48,614 bases of DNA from an uncultured Sphaerobacteraceae bacterium (GCA_964574825.1 CAZNQC010000002.1:3557-52170), one strand, 5' to 3'. Positions 9,222 through 18,720 are shown, counted from the first letter of the stretch. The notes: a model not told the origin generated them from the sequence alone. Program-made: numbers and translations.

Positions 9222-10004
9222 TCAGGTGGTGGCCTGCAGGTAACCCAGGCTGCGCAGGTAGTCGAACCCGTCTTCAGTTGGCCCTTCCGGGACGTACTCC
9301 AGGCTCACCCAGCCGGTGTAGCCCGAGTCGTCGATAAGGGTGAACAGGGCGGGCCAATCGATCTCGCCGGTGCCGGGTTGGTGGCGGCCAGGGACATCGG
9401 CAATCTGGATGTGCGCGATGTTCCTGCCGTTTTCAGCAATGAAGGCGAACGGATCTTCACCCATCCGGAGCGCATGGTAGACGTCATACTGCAGGGCGAC
9501 GTTGGGCTCATCGGCGGCGGCGATGGCATCGAGTGCGTCCTGCGTGGCCGGGAGCGCGAAGCCAGGCACGTCGATGTTGTTGACCGGTTCCACGGTCAGG
9601 GTGATGCCGAGTGGGGCGATGGCCTGGGCGGCGGCGCGAATGTTGGAGGCGATCAGGTCCGTCGCGCCAGCGGTCGCGGACTTGCCGGCCAATGAGTTGA
9701 TGAGTGACGGCCGGATGACCTCGGCGTAGCGGACAGCATTGGGGATTCCGGCGAGGAACTCCTGTTCGCGGGCTGGATCGGCGGCGATACCGCGATCTCC
9801 GCCCGCCCAGTCGCCTGCGGGGAGATTGAAGAGCACGTACTCGACACCGGCAGCATCGGCGGCGTCACGCACAGCTTCTGGCTCCTCCGCGTAGGGAAAC
9901 AGGAGCTCGACACCCGGAAAGCCTGCCGCGGCAGCCCGGCCGAAACGTTCGAGGGTCGGATATTCTGTGAACAGCATGGTGAGATTGGCAGCCAGGCGAG
10001 GCAT
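9222..10004 (-). CDS. hyi: Hydroxypyruvate isomerase family protein (xylose-isomerase-like TIM barrel)
   Basis: 260 aa starting MPRLAANLTMLFTEYPTLERFGRAAAAGFPGVELLFPY, and containing ...IAHIQIADVPGRHQPGTGEIDW, a typical Hyi pattern. The 699-aa track ORF is an artefactual 5' extension running antisense to the ABC ATPase gene. Confidence 0.8.
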   Translation of the reverse strand: MPRLAANLTMLFTEYPTLERFGRAAAAGFPGVELLFPYAEEPEAVRDAADAAGVEYVLFNLPAGDWAGGDRGIAADPAREQEFLAGIPNAVRYAEVIRPSLINSLAGKSATAGATDLIASNIRAAAQAIAPLGITLTVEPVNNIDVPGFALPATQDALDAIAAADEPNVALQYDVYHALRMGEDPFAFIAENGRNIAHIQIADVPGRHQPGTGEIDWPALFTLIDDSGYTGWVSLEYVPEGPTEDGFDYLRSLGYLQATT

Positions 10005-10112
10005 AAGGCGGCGTTGCTCCTTGTGTGAGGCGTCAGTAGGACGCCAGGAAAGCTGCTGACATTGTGCCAGAGTTGAGCCGAACGCCAACCCTGGCGGGAA
10101 TGTGGACCAACG

Positions 10113-11603
10113 ATGTTCCAGGTTGAGCATGTGTCGCGGCAATTTGGACCGGTAGTGGCGAACGATGACGTCGGGCTGGAAGTGCGGCCTGGCGAAATCG
10201 TGGCGCTGCTTGGTGAGAACGGGGCCGGCAAGTCGACGTTGCTGGCCATTCTTTCCGGCTATCTCCGGCCGGATGCAGGCACGCTGGTGATGGAGGGGGA
10301 TGTCCTCACGCTGCAATCGCCAGCGGATGCCATCGAGGCCGGGATCGGATTGGTTCACCAGCATCTTTCGCTGGTGCCAACGTTCACCGTGCGTGAACAG
10401 CTTCGCCTCTCGGGCTGGAACGGCGATCCGCTGCCCGCGATGATCGCCACGCTGCCGCTGGACGCGGACATCTCGAACCTCTCGATGGGAGAACGACAGC
10501 GACTCGAAGTTGCCAAGTGCCTGCTGGCTCACCCAAAGGTGCTGTTGCTCGATGAGCCGACCACCATTCTGGCGCCATCGGAGGTTGGCGATCTCCTGAT
10601 CATGCTGGACCAACTGCGGGAGTCCGGGTTGGGAATCGTGCTGGTGACGCACAAGCTGCGGGAGGCCCTGGCTGTCGCCGACCGGATCGTGGTGCTGCGC
10701 AGTGGTCGCGTGGTGGGGAACCTGGTGCGTGACCGGGAGAGCGGCTGGCCGTCGGATGCCGAAACCACCACGCTGCGGCTGATGTTCGGACTCGATGACC
10801 TCCCTGACCCATTCATGGGCAGCGAGGTGAGTGATCCGCGATTGCCAGCCGGCGTCAGCGACCGGGTGCTGCTGGACGTCTCGGCCCTCTCGATGGCCGA
10901 ACCGGATGGGCCGCGGCTCCAGGGCGTTAACCTGGCGATCAGAGCGGGCGAGATTCTCTCGATCGTGGGTGTGGATGGCCAGGGACAGCGTGATCTGGCG
11001 ATGGCGATTGCCGGGTACACCCCAAGCCAGGGTCGAATCGTGCTGGACGGCCAGCGGATCGATGGGTTGGGTGCGATGGCTCGTGCGCGCCGGGGAGTTG
11101 GATTGCTGGTTGACGATCGGATTGGCGAGGCCGCCATCGGGGCATTCTCGCTGGCCGAAAATGTTGCTCTGCCGCGGCCAAGACGAAACGAAGAAGCATC
11201 TGCTGGTTTGATGCACTGGGCGGCGGTGCGCGAGCGGACCGCCGACCTGATCGATCGCTGGCACATCGTACCGGGCGAGCCGGATCGTCCCTTTGGGACT
11301 CTTTCTGGCGGAAACATGCAAAAGCTGCTAGCGGGCGCTGTGCTGGACCGGAATCCGCGCCTGCTGATCGCGCTCAATCCCATGCAGGGCCTCGATTGGC
11401 AAACCACCACCCGGCTCTGGTCCGAGTTCAACCGGCATTGTGAGTCTGGCAGTGCCGTGCTGGTGTTCACGGGCGATATGGACGAGGCGCTGGCACACAG
11501 TCACCGCGTGGCCGCGATCGCCGGCGGCCAGGTGAGTGAACCGATGGTGGCGGGGAGTGCCAATCGGGAGTTGCTCGCCCGGCAGATGGTGGGCGAATGG
11601 TAG
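10113..11603 (+). CDS. ABC transporter ATP-binding protein with duplicated ATPase domains (sugar/nucleoside CUT2/BMP type)
   Basis: There are two ABC cassettes. The first has GENGAGKST, LSMGERQRLEV and LLLDEPT. The second has LSGGNMQKLL. It is followed by two permeases and a BMP-family binding protein. Confidence 0.85.
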   Translation: MFQVEHVSRQFGPVVANDDVGLEVRPGEIVALLGENGAGKSTLLAILSGYLRPDAGTLVMEGDVLTLQSPADAIEAGIGLVHQHLSLVPTFTVREQLRLSGWNGDPLPAMIATLPLDADISNLSMGERQRLEVAKCLLAHPKVLLLDEPTTILAPSEVGDLLIMLDQLRESGLGIVLVTHKLREALAVADRIVVLRSGRVVGNLVRDRESGWPSDAETTTLRLMFGLDDLPDPFMGSEVSDPRLPAGVSDRVLLDVSALSMAEPDGPRLQGVNLAIRAGEILSIVGVDGQGQRDLAMAIAGYTPSQGRIVLDGQRIDGLGAMARARRGVGLLVDDRIGEAAIGAFSLAENVALPRPRRNEEASAGLMHWAAVRERTADLIDRWHIVPGEPDRPFGTLSGGNMQKLLAGAVLDRNPRLLIALNPMQGLDWQTTTRLWSEFNRHCESGSAVLVFTGDMDEALAHSHRVAAIAGGQVSEPMVAGSANRELLARQMVGEW

Positions 11604-12661
11604 CTGCGCAGCCCGGTGTTGCTCCCGGCTACCAGCGGCGATGGACGCGAGTGGCGGGTTCGTTGGCAACCCCAATTATCGCGATCCTGATCGCGACCAT
11701 CCTGGCCAGCATCGCGTTGATGATTGCCGGGCACAATCCGGTGACCGCGATGCGGGCGTTGGTCGAGCGAGCGCTGTTGCGACCAGCTGGCATTCAGGAA
11801 ATGCTCGTCAGTGCGACGCCGTTGCTGATCGCGGCCGTGGCGGTGTTGATCGGGGTGAAGGCGGGGCTGTGGAACATTGGCGTCGATGGGCAGGTGCTGG
11901 TTGGGGCGCTGATGGCGGCGTATGCCGCGCATCTGGTCGAAGGGTCTCCGCGGGTGGTGATTTGGTCGGTGGCAATCGTGGCCGGGATTGTTGGCGGAGG
12001 GTTGTGGGTCGCGGTTCCAGCACTGTTGCGGGCGCGGTTCGGCACCAACGAGATCGTGACGACGATCATGTTCAACTACGTTGCCTTTTCGCTCACAGCC
12101 TGGCTGGTAAAGGGACCGCTTCGCGACCAGTCGATTGTGGCACCGCAAACGCCAGCGATTCCCCGGGGTGACCGCCTGCCGTTTCTGGGTGACACACGGG
12201 TCCATGCTGGCATCCTGCTGGCGATCCTGGTCTGGGCGGGACTTGCCTGGTGGTTGGCCCGGTCGGAGGCTGGATTCAATCTCCGTGCCACCGGCGAGAA
12301 CCCCCGGGCAGCGAAACACGCGCTGATTCCGGTGGGAATCGTGTCGGCCTGCGCGCTGATTGCCAGCGGTGCCATTGCCGGATTGGCTGGCGCCAACGAC
12401 GTGCTTTCCACGAAAGGAACTTTTCAGGCGGAGTGGGACCCGGGCTATGGGTTGACCGCCTTTGCGCTTGTGTTCCTGGCCCGCCGGAGTGTGTGGGGAC
12501 TCATTCCAGCGGCGCTGTTCTTCGGTCTGTTGGCCTATGGGGCGAACGTGATGCCGAGGGCGGCCAATATCCCCTCCGCCTTTTTCGAGTTGTATGAAGG
12601 GCTGATGCTGATTGTGCTGGCGGTGTTCGCCTGGCAACCGTGGCGGAGGACCGGGTCGTGA
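11597..12661 (+). CDS. ABC transporter permease (BMP/nucleoside-type, first subunit)
   Basis: Polytopic protein. Its ATG overlaps the ATPase stop (ATGGTAG). The architecture matches RnsC/NupB-like permeases. Confidence 0.75.
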   Translation: MVAAQPGVAPGYQRRWTRVAGSLATPIIAILIATILASIALMIAGHNPVTAMRALVERALLRPAGIQEMLVSATPLLIAAVAVLIGVKAGLWNIGVDGQVLVGALMAAYAAHLVEGSPRVVIWSVAIVAGIVGGGLWVAVPALLRARFGTNEIVTTIMFNYVAFSLTAWLVKGPLRDQSIVAPQTPAIPRGDRLPFLGDTRVHAGILLAILVWAGLAWWLARSEAGFNLRATGENPRAAKHALIPVGIVSACALIASGAIAGLAGANDVLSTKGTFQAEWDPGYGLTAFALVFLARRSVWGLIPAALFFGLLAYGANVMPRAANIPSAFFELYEGLMLIVLAVFAWQPWRRTGS

Positions 12662-13593
12662 ATACCGAAGCAGTCCTGACAGCCATTCTGGCCGCCGCGT
12701 TGGCCGGATCGGTGCCGCTGATGCTGGCAGCGGTGGGCGAAGCTATTGGTGAACGGGCCGGGTTGCTGAACCTTGGGATCGAAGGCGTGCTTCTGACCAG
12801 TGGGCTCGGTGGGTTCTGGGGCGCGCTGCAGACAGGCCGGACCGAGGTTGGGCTGGTGGTTGGCGCAGTGCTGGGGCTGGTCTGCGGACTGGCCTTCGGC
12901 GTGCTGACGACCACCGGCCGGGCCGACCAGGTGGTGCTGGGGCTGGGCATGACGATGGCCGGTCTCGGTGGCACGGCCTTCGTCTTCCGGGAAGTCTGGG
13001 GAGCGGAACAACCCCTCCTCACGGTTCGCGGCTGGCGGCCACTTGATGACATGCTGGACTGGGTGCCAGTCGCGGGGCCAGCGCTCGGCCAGCTCAGGTG
13101 GCCGGTTTTCGTCGCCTGGGGATTGGTGCTTGTCATTCAGATCTGGATGCGCCGGTCGAGGTTCGGGCTCCAGGTCCGGGCGGCAGGTGAGTTTCCGCTG
13201 GGCCTCGAAGCGAGCGGTGGCAATGTCAACCAGGTCAGGGTGCTGGCGGCCACGTTGGCCGGCACGCTCACCGGGCTGGGGGGAGCCTACCTGACCACGA
13301 TCGAACTGGGATTCTTTACCCCTGGTGTGGCGATGGGAACCGGCTTCATGGCGGTGGCGGTGGCCATGCTGGGGCGGCGGGATCCCCTGCGCGTGGCCGC
13401 CTTCGCCCTGGCATTTGGGGTGTTGACCGGTTTGGACACGGGGCTCCAGCTGGCCGGAGTGGCGGTTCGCCCCGAATTCCTGCGCATGATCCCGTATCTT
13501 GGCGTGGTGCTGGCACTCGTCCTGCTCGGGCGGGATACCCGCGCTCCCGCCGCATTGGGACAGGTGTATCGTGGTCTCGCTGGCCGACGGTGA
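12658..13593 (+). CDS. ABC transporter permease (BMP/nucleoside-type, second subunit)
   Basis: Polytopic protein. GTG 12658 overlaps the upstream stop (GTGA) and has GGAGGA 7 nt upstream. The track start at 12640 is also GTG and remains an alternative. Confidence 0.75.
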   Translation: MNTEAVLTAILAAALAGSVPLMLAAVGEAIGERAGLLNLGIEGVLLTSGLGGFWGALQTGRTEVGLVVGAVLGLVCGLAFGVLTTTGRADQVVLGLGMTMAGLGGTAFVFREVWGAEQPLLTVRGWRPLDDMLDWVPVAGPALGQLRWPVFVAWGLVLVIQIWMRRSRFGLQVRAAGEFPLGLEASGGNVNQVRVLAATLAGTLTGLGGAYLTTIELGFFTPGVAMGTGFMAVAVAMLGRRDPLRVAAFALAFGVLTGLDTGLQLAGVAVRPEFLRMIPYLGVVLALVLLGRDTRAPAALGQVYRGLAGRR

Positions 13594-13647
13594 ACGCAGG
13601 CCTTAGGATAGCGGCGGCGCGATGTGGCGCGAACAGGAGTGAGTGTC

Positions 13648-14718
13648 ATGCGGTCGTGGCGACAGCTATGGGGTCCCTTGTTGGTGGTCGCAAGCCTGAT
13701 GCTTCCGGCGATGGGTGTGAATGCCGCAGCGGCGCAAGGTGTCGAGGTCGACCGAGTGGCGATCGTGACCCCGGCCAGCCGCACGAATCAAGGCTGGGAC
13801 CAGCAGGGCGTAGACAACCTGGTCGCGGTTGGCGAGGAGCTGGGGATCACTGTCGATGTGGTCGAGAATGCCGGGTATGACGACATCACGCCGATACTCA
13901 ATGATCTGGCCGACGATGGGGTGGACCTGATCATCTGCCATGCGTCGGGCTATCAAACCGTCTGTCCCGAGTTTGCCGAGTCGACCGGTGTGCCGGTGGT
14001 CGTGATCGAGAATCCTGGCGCAGTGGTGCCGAACCTGATTGCCGACATCGAAACCCAGGGCCAGGAAGCGGCTTATCTGGCCGGTGTGCTGGCTGGTCTG
14101 GAAACGAAGACCGGGATCGTCGCGGTGGTGGTCAGTGGCGAACCGCCCTCCTGGAACTACATGACGGTGGGTTTCGCCGAAGGGCTGCACTCGGTCAATC
14201 CAGACGCAACCTTGATCTATCAGGTGATCGGTGAGGCTGCCTACGACGATGCGCCCAATGCCAAGCGTGTGACCGAATCGGTGATTGCCGCTGGGGCGGA
14301 TATCGTGTTCGGCATGGGTGATGGCGCCTCATTTGGCATGGTCCAGGCGATCAACGAAGCCAATTCGGAGCGGGCCGACGGCGATGACAGGGTCCAGTTC
14401 ATCGATGTGATTGGTGACAAGACCGGATCCGACGCCGGTACCTACCTCCTGACTTCCGTGCTCTTCGATTACACCGGTGCCTATCGCACGCTGATCCAGC
14501 AACTTCAGGAAGGCACATTTGGCGAGGTCTACACCATGGGCCTGGCCAATGACGGAGTGCGACTGCTCGACCTGCCGGACTCGGTGTCTGACTCGACTCG
14601 CCAGCAGGTGGAAGATACTGCCGCCGCGATTGTGTCCGGTGAGATCAGCGTGTCGGCGATTGCGGATGCCGACGGCATGCACAGCCGCCTGGACGAACTC
14701 TTCCCCGACGGCAATTGA
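13648..14718 (+). CDS. BMP-family (PnrA/Med-like) ABC transporter substrate-binding protein
   Basis: Signal peptide MRSWRQLWGPLLVVASLMLPAMGVNAAAAQG. The body (VAIVTPASRTNQGWDQQG..., VVVSGEPPSWNYMTVGF, IVFGMGDGASFG) is typical of basic-membrane-protein SBPs. AGGAGTGAG lies upstream of ATG 13648. Confidence 0.75.
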   Translation: MRSWRQLWGPLLVVASLMLPAMGVNAAAAQGVEVDRVAIVTPASRTNQGWDQQGVDNLVAVGEELGITVDVVENAGYDDITPILNDLADDGVDLIICHASGYQTVCPEFAESTGVPVVVIENPGAVVPNLIADIETQGQEAAYLAGVLAGLETKTGIVAVVVSGEPPSWNYMTVGFAEGLHSVNPDATLIYQVIGEAAYDDAPNAKRVTESVIAAGADIVFGMGDGASFGMVQAINEANSERADGDDRVQFIDVIGDKTGSDAGTYLLTSVLFDYTGAYRTLIQQLQEGTFGEVYTMGLANDGVRLLDLPDSVSDSTRQQVEDTAAAIVSGEISVSAIADADGMHSRLDELFPDGN

Positions 14719-14728
14719 GGATACAGTC

Positions 14729-15916
14729 ATGACCGTTTGGCCCCGAATGACGCTCTCCGCTGGTCCGGTTGATGTTTCGATCGAGACCTTGCGCGCCATG
14801 CAACGACCAGTGCTCTACCACTACGACCCCGCGTTCATCGACGTATTTGCCAACACCTCCAGGTTGCTGCAGCAGGTGTTCCGCACCGAGTACGACGTGG
14901 TGATCATGCAAGCCGAAGCCATTCTTGGGCTGGAGGCAGCAGCGGCCTCACTCATCTCTCCGGGAGACAAGGTACTCAATCTCGTCTCGGGGGTGTTCGG
15001 CAAGTGGATGGAGGACTTCATCCGCACGTACGGCGGAGAGCCGGTTGAGCTGTCGGTGCCGTACAACGCTGCCATCGACCCGGAGGATGTCCGCCGGGTG
15101 CTTGCCACTGTGCCCGGGATCAAATTCCTGACCGTGGTGCACTCGGAGACGCCGTCCGGCACGGTCAATCCGATCCGGGAGATCGGCCAGATCGCCCGGG
15201 AGTTCGGTGTCATCACCATCGTCGATACGGTCTCCGGACTCGGCAGTGAACTGCTGTCGCCAGAAGATTGGGGCATGGATGTGGCAGTGGCCGGACCGCA
15301 GAAGTGCCTCTCGGGGACACCCGGTCTTTCCCTGATCTCGGTCAGCCCGGCTGCCTGGCAGGCCATGGAGCAGCGCGACGACCCGCTGCGAGGATCATTT
15401 CTGTCGTTGCTCGACTGGAAGACGACCTGGCTGGAGCAGCAGCGGTTCCCGTATACGCCATCGGTCACCGAGGTCTACGCCCTGGAGTCCGTGCTCGAGC
15501 AGGCCCTGCGCGAAGGGATGCCGGCGTATGTGAATCGCCACCAGGCAGCGGCGCGGGCGGCGCGGGCGGCCGTGAACGCGATGGGGCTTGAACTCTGGCC
15601 CGAATCCGAGTCGATTGCGACCGCTTGCTGTACTGCAGTCACGACGCCTGCCGGTGCGACGGCCGAAGCGATCATTTCGACCTTGCGTGGGCGATATGGC
15701 GTCATGATTTCCGGAGGATACGGCGAGTTGGCCGGCAGGTTGTTCCGGCTTGGCCACCTCGGCGTGACGGCCCACCCAACGCAATTGCTGGCCCAGGTGG
15801 CGCTGCTGGAGCGAACGCTGCTCGATCTGGGTGTGAGCGTGCCGCCAGGAGCGGGAAGCGCAGCTGCCATCGAAGCCCTTGCCGGTTGGGACGACGCGAC
15901 CTCCACGTACTCCTGA
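14729..15916 (+). CDS. Class V PLP aminotransferase (AGXT / serine-pyruvate / ureidoglycine-glyoxylate aminotransferase-like)
   Basis: About 395 aa. Contains VVHSETPSGTVNPI, IVDTVSGLG and VAGPQKCLSGTPGLS (PLP-lysine context). ATG 14729 lies 10 nt after the SBP stop and has GAGGA upstream. The track ORF start at 14519 lies inside the SBP gene. Confidence 0.8.
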   Translation: MTVWPRMTLSAGPVDVSIETLRAMQRPVLYHYDPAFIDVFANTSRLLQQVFRTEYDVVIMQAEAILGLEAAAASLISPGDKVLNLVSGVFGKWMEDFIRTYGGEPVELSVPYNAAIDPEDVRRVLATVPGIKFLTVVHSETPSGTVNPIREIGQIAREFGVITIVDTVSGLGSELLSPEDWGMDVAVAGPQKCLSGTPGLSLISVSPAAWQAMEQRDDPLRGSFLSLLDWKTTWLEQQRFPYTPSVTEVYALESVLEQALREGMPAYVNRHQAAARAARAAVNAMGLELWPESESIATACCTAVTTPAGATAEAIISTLRGRYGVMISGGYGELAGRLFRLGHLGVTAHPTQLLAQVALLERTLLDLGVSVPPGAGSAAAIEALAGWDDATSTYS

Positions 15917-15943
15917 GGCCACGTGCCGCCGGCAAGGGGATGC

Positions 15944-16372
15944 CTACGGCTGGGGTGATCGCGCGAATCGCCAGCCTTCGTTGAGCAGGATGCCAACCGT
16001 CATCAGGGAACTGAGCACACACCACTGGCAGATTGCTTCCAGCACGTTGACCTCGATCCAGGTGAGGTATCCGTAATAGAGCACGCTGGCCAGGGTCAGG
16101 AACACGATGGCGACGGATGCGTACTCGTCCAAAGCAGGCCGTATCGTGCGCAGGACGATGAGACCGATCACCGTTGCGAACATGAGCATGCCCAGTAAGG
16201 CGATGGGGATGCCGCCGATCTCGGCGTACTCGCTGGTTTGCACGGTTTCGCAGTCGCCCAGACCACAGACGAGGGCATCGTGTTGGTAATGGACCCAGGT
16301 CAGGTAGGCGGCAATGGCCAGGCCAGCCGTTGCCAGCGCGAGCGAGATGAGGCTGGCCCGCGAAAGCCTCAC
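15944..16372 (-). CDS. Vitamin K epoxide reductase (VKOR) family membrane protein
   Basis: 142 aa and four predicted TM segments, with the loop cysteine pair CGLGDC and the active-site CQWC. The GTG start overlaps the upstream DsbA-like stop (GTGA). Confidence 0.8.
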   Translation of the reverse strand: MRLSRASLISLALATAGLAIAAYLTWVHYQHDALVCGLGDCETVQTSEYAEIGGIPIALLGMLMFATVIGLIVLRTIRPALDEYASVAIVFLTLASVLYYGYLTWIEVNVLEAICQWCVLSSLMTVGILLNEGWRFARSPQP

Positions 16373-17139
16373 TGGGGAATCGCCTCGCCGTTCAGCGCGG
16401 CGTCGATCTGGGTCTTGATCCGGTCGAAGCCATCCTGGGTGTAGCCGACGCGAACGCCGTTGATCTCCAGGGTTGGGGTGGAGGTGACGCCATTGGCCCG
16501 GTTCTCATCCAGGGTGGCGAGGACGTCATCGAGATGCGTCTGCTCGTCCATGCAGGTATTGAACGTCGTCATGTCGAGCCCGACCTCCTCGGCGATCGCG
16601 TTGAGGTTTGCACGGGAGAAGGCGCCATCGTTCTCACCGTTCTGGTGCTCGAAGAGGGCATGGTTGTACTCCCAGAACTTGCCCTGGTCGAGTGCACAGG
16701 CGGCGGCGACAGCAGCCTGCACGGATTCATTGTCGGGAGAGGTCAGGTCGGCTGTACCCAGGAATGGGTGGGCGCGAAACTCGATCTTGACCTGCCCGGT
16801 TCGCACGTATTCGTCGACGATCCGGGGGAAGTCCTCGCGCGCGAGAACGCCGCACCAGGGACACTGGTAGTCGGCATACTCAACCAGCGTGACAGGCGCG
16901 TCGGGATTGCCGAGGGTCGTGCCGGTCGTGGGGATCCCTTCAAAGTCGATGACCGCGGTGGGTTCGTCGTCGTTCCGCAGATTGACGACGATCAGGATCG
17001 CGGCGACCGCAACCGCGGCGATGCCGGCATAGAGCAGCAATCGCATCCGTTGTCGCTGCCGATCGCGGGCGATGGCGGCTTCCCGTCGTTCAGCCCGGAT
17101 GGCGGCCCGGCTCGCTGACTTGTCGGATTTCTTGCTCAT
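16369..17139 (-). CDS. Membrane-anchored DsbA-family thiol:disulfide oxidoreductase
   Basis: Basic N-terminus plus one TM segment (LLLYAGIAAVAVAAILIVV), then a thioredoxin fold with CPWC (EYADYQCPWCG). Confidence 0.8.
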   Translation of the reverse strand: MSKKSDKSASRAAIRAERREAAIARDRQRQRMRLLLYAGIAAVAVAAILIVVNLRNDDEPTAVIDFEGIPTTGTTLGNPDAPVTLVEYADYQCPWCGVLAREDFPRIVDEYVRTGQVKIEFRAHPFLGTADLTSPDNESVQAAVAAACALDQGKFWEYNHALFEHQNGENDGAFSRANLNAIAEEVGLDMTTFNTCMDEQTHLDDVLATLDENRANGVTSTPTLEINGVRVGYTQDGFDRIKTQIDAALNGEAIPQ

Positions 17140-17221
17140 GCTCTCACACTACCTGACTGCTCACACCAACCGATCGGACCCCGTATCGGATCATCATTCA
17201 GTATCGAGCCCCAAAATGCAT

Positions 17222-17249
17222 GAGACCCCATCCGCGTGGGTGGGGTCTC
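17222..17249 (-). terminator. Intrinsic terminator downstream of the DUF3817 gene
   Basis: A 12-bp stem (gagaccccatcc/gggtggggtctc, one G-U pair) with a GCGT loop. On the minus strand it is followed by atgcaTTTTgggg. Confidence 0.6.
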
Positions 17250-17255
17250 GGCGCG

Positions 17256-17576
17256 TCAGGCTGTTTGACCGGCAGTGGGTTGGGCTTCCTGGGCGCGCAG
17301 TTCCTGCAACAGCCGATAGCCCAGCCAGAACCCGAGGAACGGCGGGATGGACTCGAGGAAGGCGAGGATCGTCTTGCCAAACGACCACCGCTCCTGAACG
17401 TGGGTGATCAGCAGGAGGACAACGAAGAGCATGAACAGGAAACCGTGGACGGGTCCCATAATCGAAACGCCGCGTTCGTTGTCGAAGCCATACTTGGCCA
17501 CCATACCGGCCAGCAGACCGAGCCAGGAGATAGCTTCGACGAACGTCACGATCATCAGCAAGCGCAGGGCATTCAT
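17256..17576 (-). CDS. DUF3817-domain small membrane protein
   Basis: 106 aa. The sequence LRLLMIVTFVEAISWLGLLAGMVAKYGF...GPVHGFLFMLFVVLLL is the characteristic DUF3817 pattern. Confidence 0.7.
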   Translation of the reverse strand: MNALRLLMIVTFVEAISWLGLLAGMVAKYGFDNERGVSIMGPVHGFLFMLFVVLLLITHVQERWSFGKTILAFLESIPPFLGFWLGYRLLQELRAQEAQPTAGQTA

Positions 17577-17740
17577 GGGTGAAGGGTCCTTGGGGTGAAA
17601 ACGACGAGATCAACCTGCCGCAGACGATAGCATGAGCGCTCCGTCGCGGCCCGGCAGCGATGCCAGGATGTGCCTGTCAGGCTGACTCATGCAGTCCAGG
17701 CGGCCAGTGATCCATCACAAGGGGGGAGGGCTGGAAACAG

Positions 17741-17776
17741 CAACAGCCGCTGTCTCAGGCGAGACAGCGGCTGTTG
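17741..17776 (-). terminator. Intrinsic terminator downstream of the cold-shock gene
   Basis: Perfect 16-bp stem caacagccgctgtctc/gagacagcggctgttg with a 4-nt loop, 13 nt after the stop. The minus strand continues CTGTTTCC. Confidence 0.7.
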
Positions 17777-17789
17777 AACCTGAGTGGTC

Positions 17790-18254
17790 CTAGTTGTCGA
17801 GCAGGCGAATCTGCTCGGCGCGGGGGCCCTTCGGACCCTCGCCCAGGCGGAACTCAATGTGGTCACCCTGGTAAACCCGGGTGCCGTTGAGGGCCGACTG
17901 GTGGAAGAAGACATCGGCGCCGCCGTTGTCCTGCTTGATGAAGCCGAAGCCCTTGAGGTCGTCGAAGCGATCGACGACACCCGAGACCAGCGGAAGGCTG
18001 GTGGGATCGACTTCGTCCTGGAAGCCGCGAGCCCGAGCCGGGCGCGGATTCGGGTTGGACTCGATCACGGTCACAGAATCTGCAGCCGGACCCTTCGGGC
18101 CCATGCCCACGGTGAACTCAACGCGGTCGCCCTCGCCAAGAGTCTGATAGCCGACGGCGGAACGGTGAACGAAGAGATCCTCTTCGCCGCCATCGCGCTC
18201 GATAAAACCGAAACCCTTTTCAGGGTTGTACCACTTGACAGTTCCCGTAGGCAT
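17790..18254 (-). CDS. Tandem cold-shock-domain protein (two CSDs)
   Basis: 154 aa from ATG 18254. Domain 1 is [29 protein letters not shown]. Domain 2 is [29 protein letters not shown]. Each has RNP1- and RNP2-like motifs, and the two are joined by a Pro/Arg-rich linker of about 27 aa. The 236-aa track ORF is a 5' extension. Confidence 0.88.
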   Translation of the reverse strand: MPTGTVKWYNPEKGFGFIERDGGEEDLFVHRSAVGYQTLGEGDRVEFTVGMGPKGPAADSVTVIESNPNPRPARARGFQDEVDPTSLPLVSGVVDRFDDLKGFGFIKQDNGGADVFFHQSALNGTRVYQGDHIEFRLGEGPKGPRAEQIRLLDN

Positions 18255-18537
18255 CGTGTCGTGCTTCCTCGTGTTGCCTTGGCTCCGGGGCACCAGTCCG
18301 GAATGATTCAGTGCCGAGCAAAGTGAGTTTTGCGCGGAGTGCAGGCTCAACGTACCACGCACGTTACCCATTGTCCACCGCCTGCCACTCGCAAAAGCCG
18401 GGATATCCGATGCGAACCAGGACGATTCGCAGGCCGTCGGTGATCGATCGGGTCGGTCTGGGCGCTGGGTTTGATTGGGGATACTGATTGTTGCCGGCAT
18501 AGCACAAGACCCCGCCGCAGCGAGGTCATCAGGAGGG

Positions 18538-18609
<72 letters not shown>

Positions 18610-18720
18610 GGACGAAGATTACACCGCCGAACAAGCCATTTCAAGGAATATGCGGCCTGCGTTGGCTCCAAACTGCGACGCCAGCCCCGCTCCGTGTCCG
18701 GCTGTCGCATGCGACCGTGG

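Noticed and set aside
10005-11321. The upstream 439 codons of the 699-aa ORF 9222-11321.
   Set aside because: Only the last 260 codons (9222-10004) look like hydroxypyruvate isomerase, and they start with an ATG preceded by an SD. The remainder runs antisense to the ABC ATPase gene and across the divergent promoter region.
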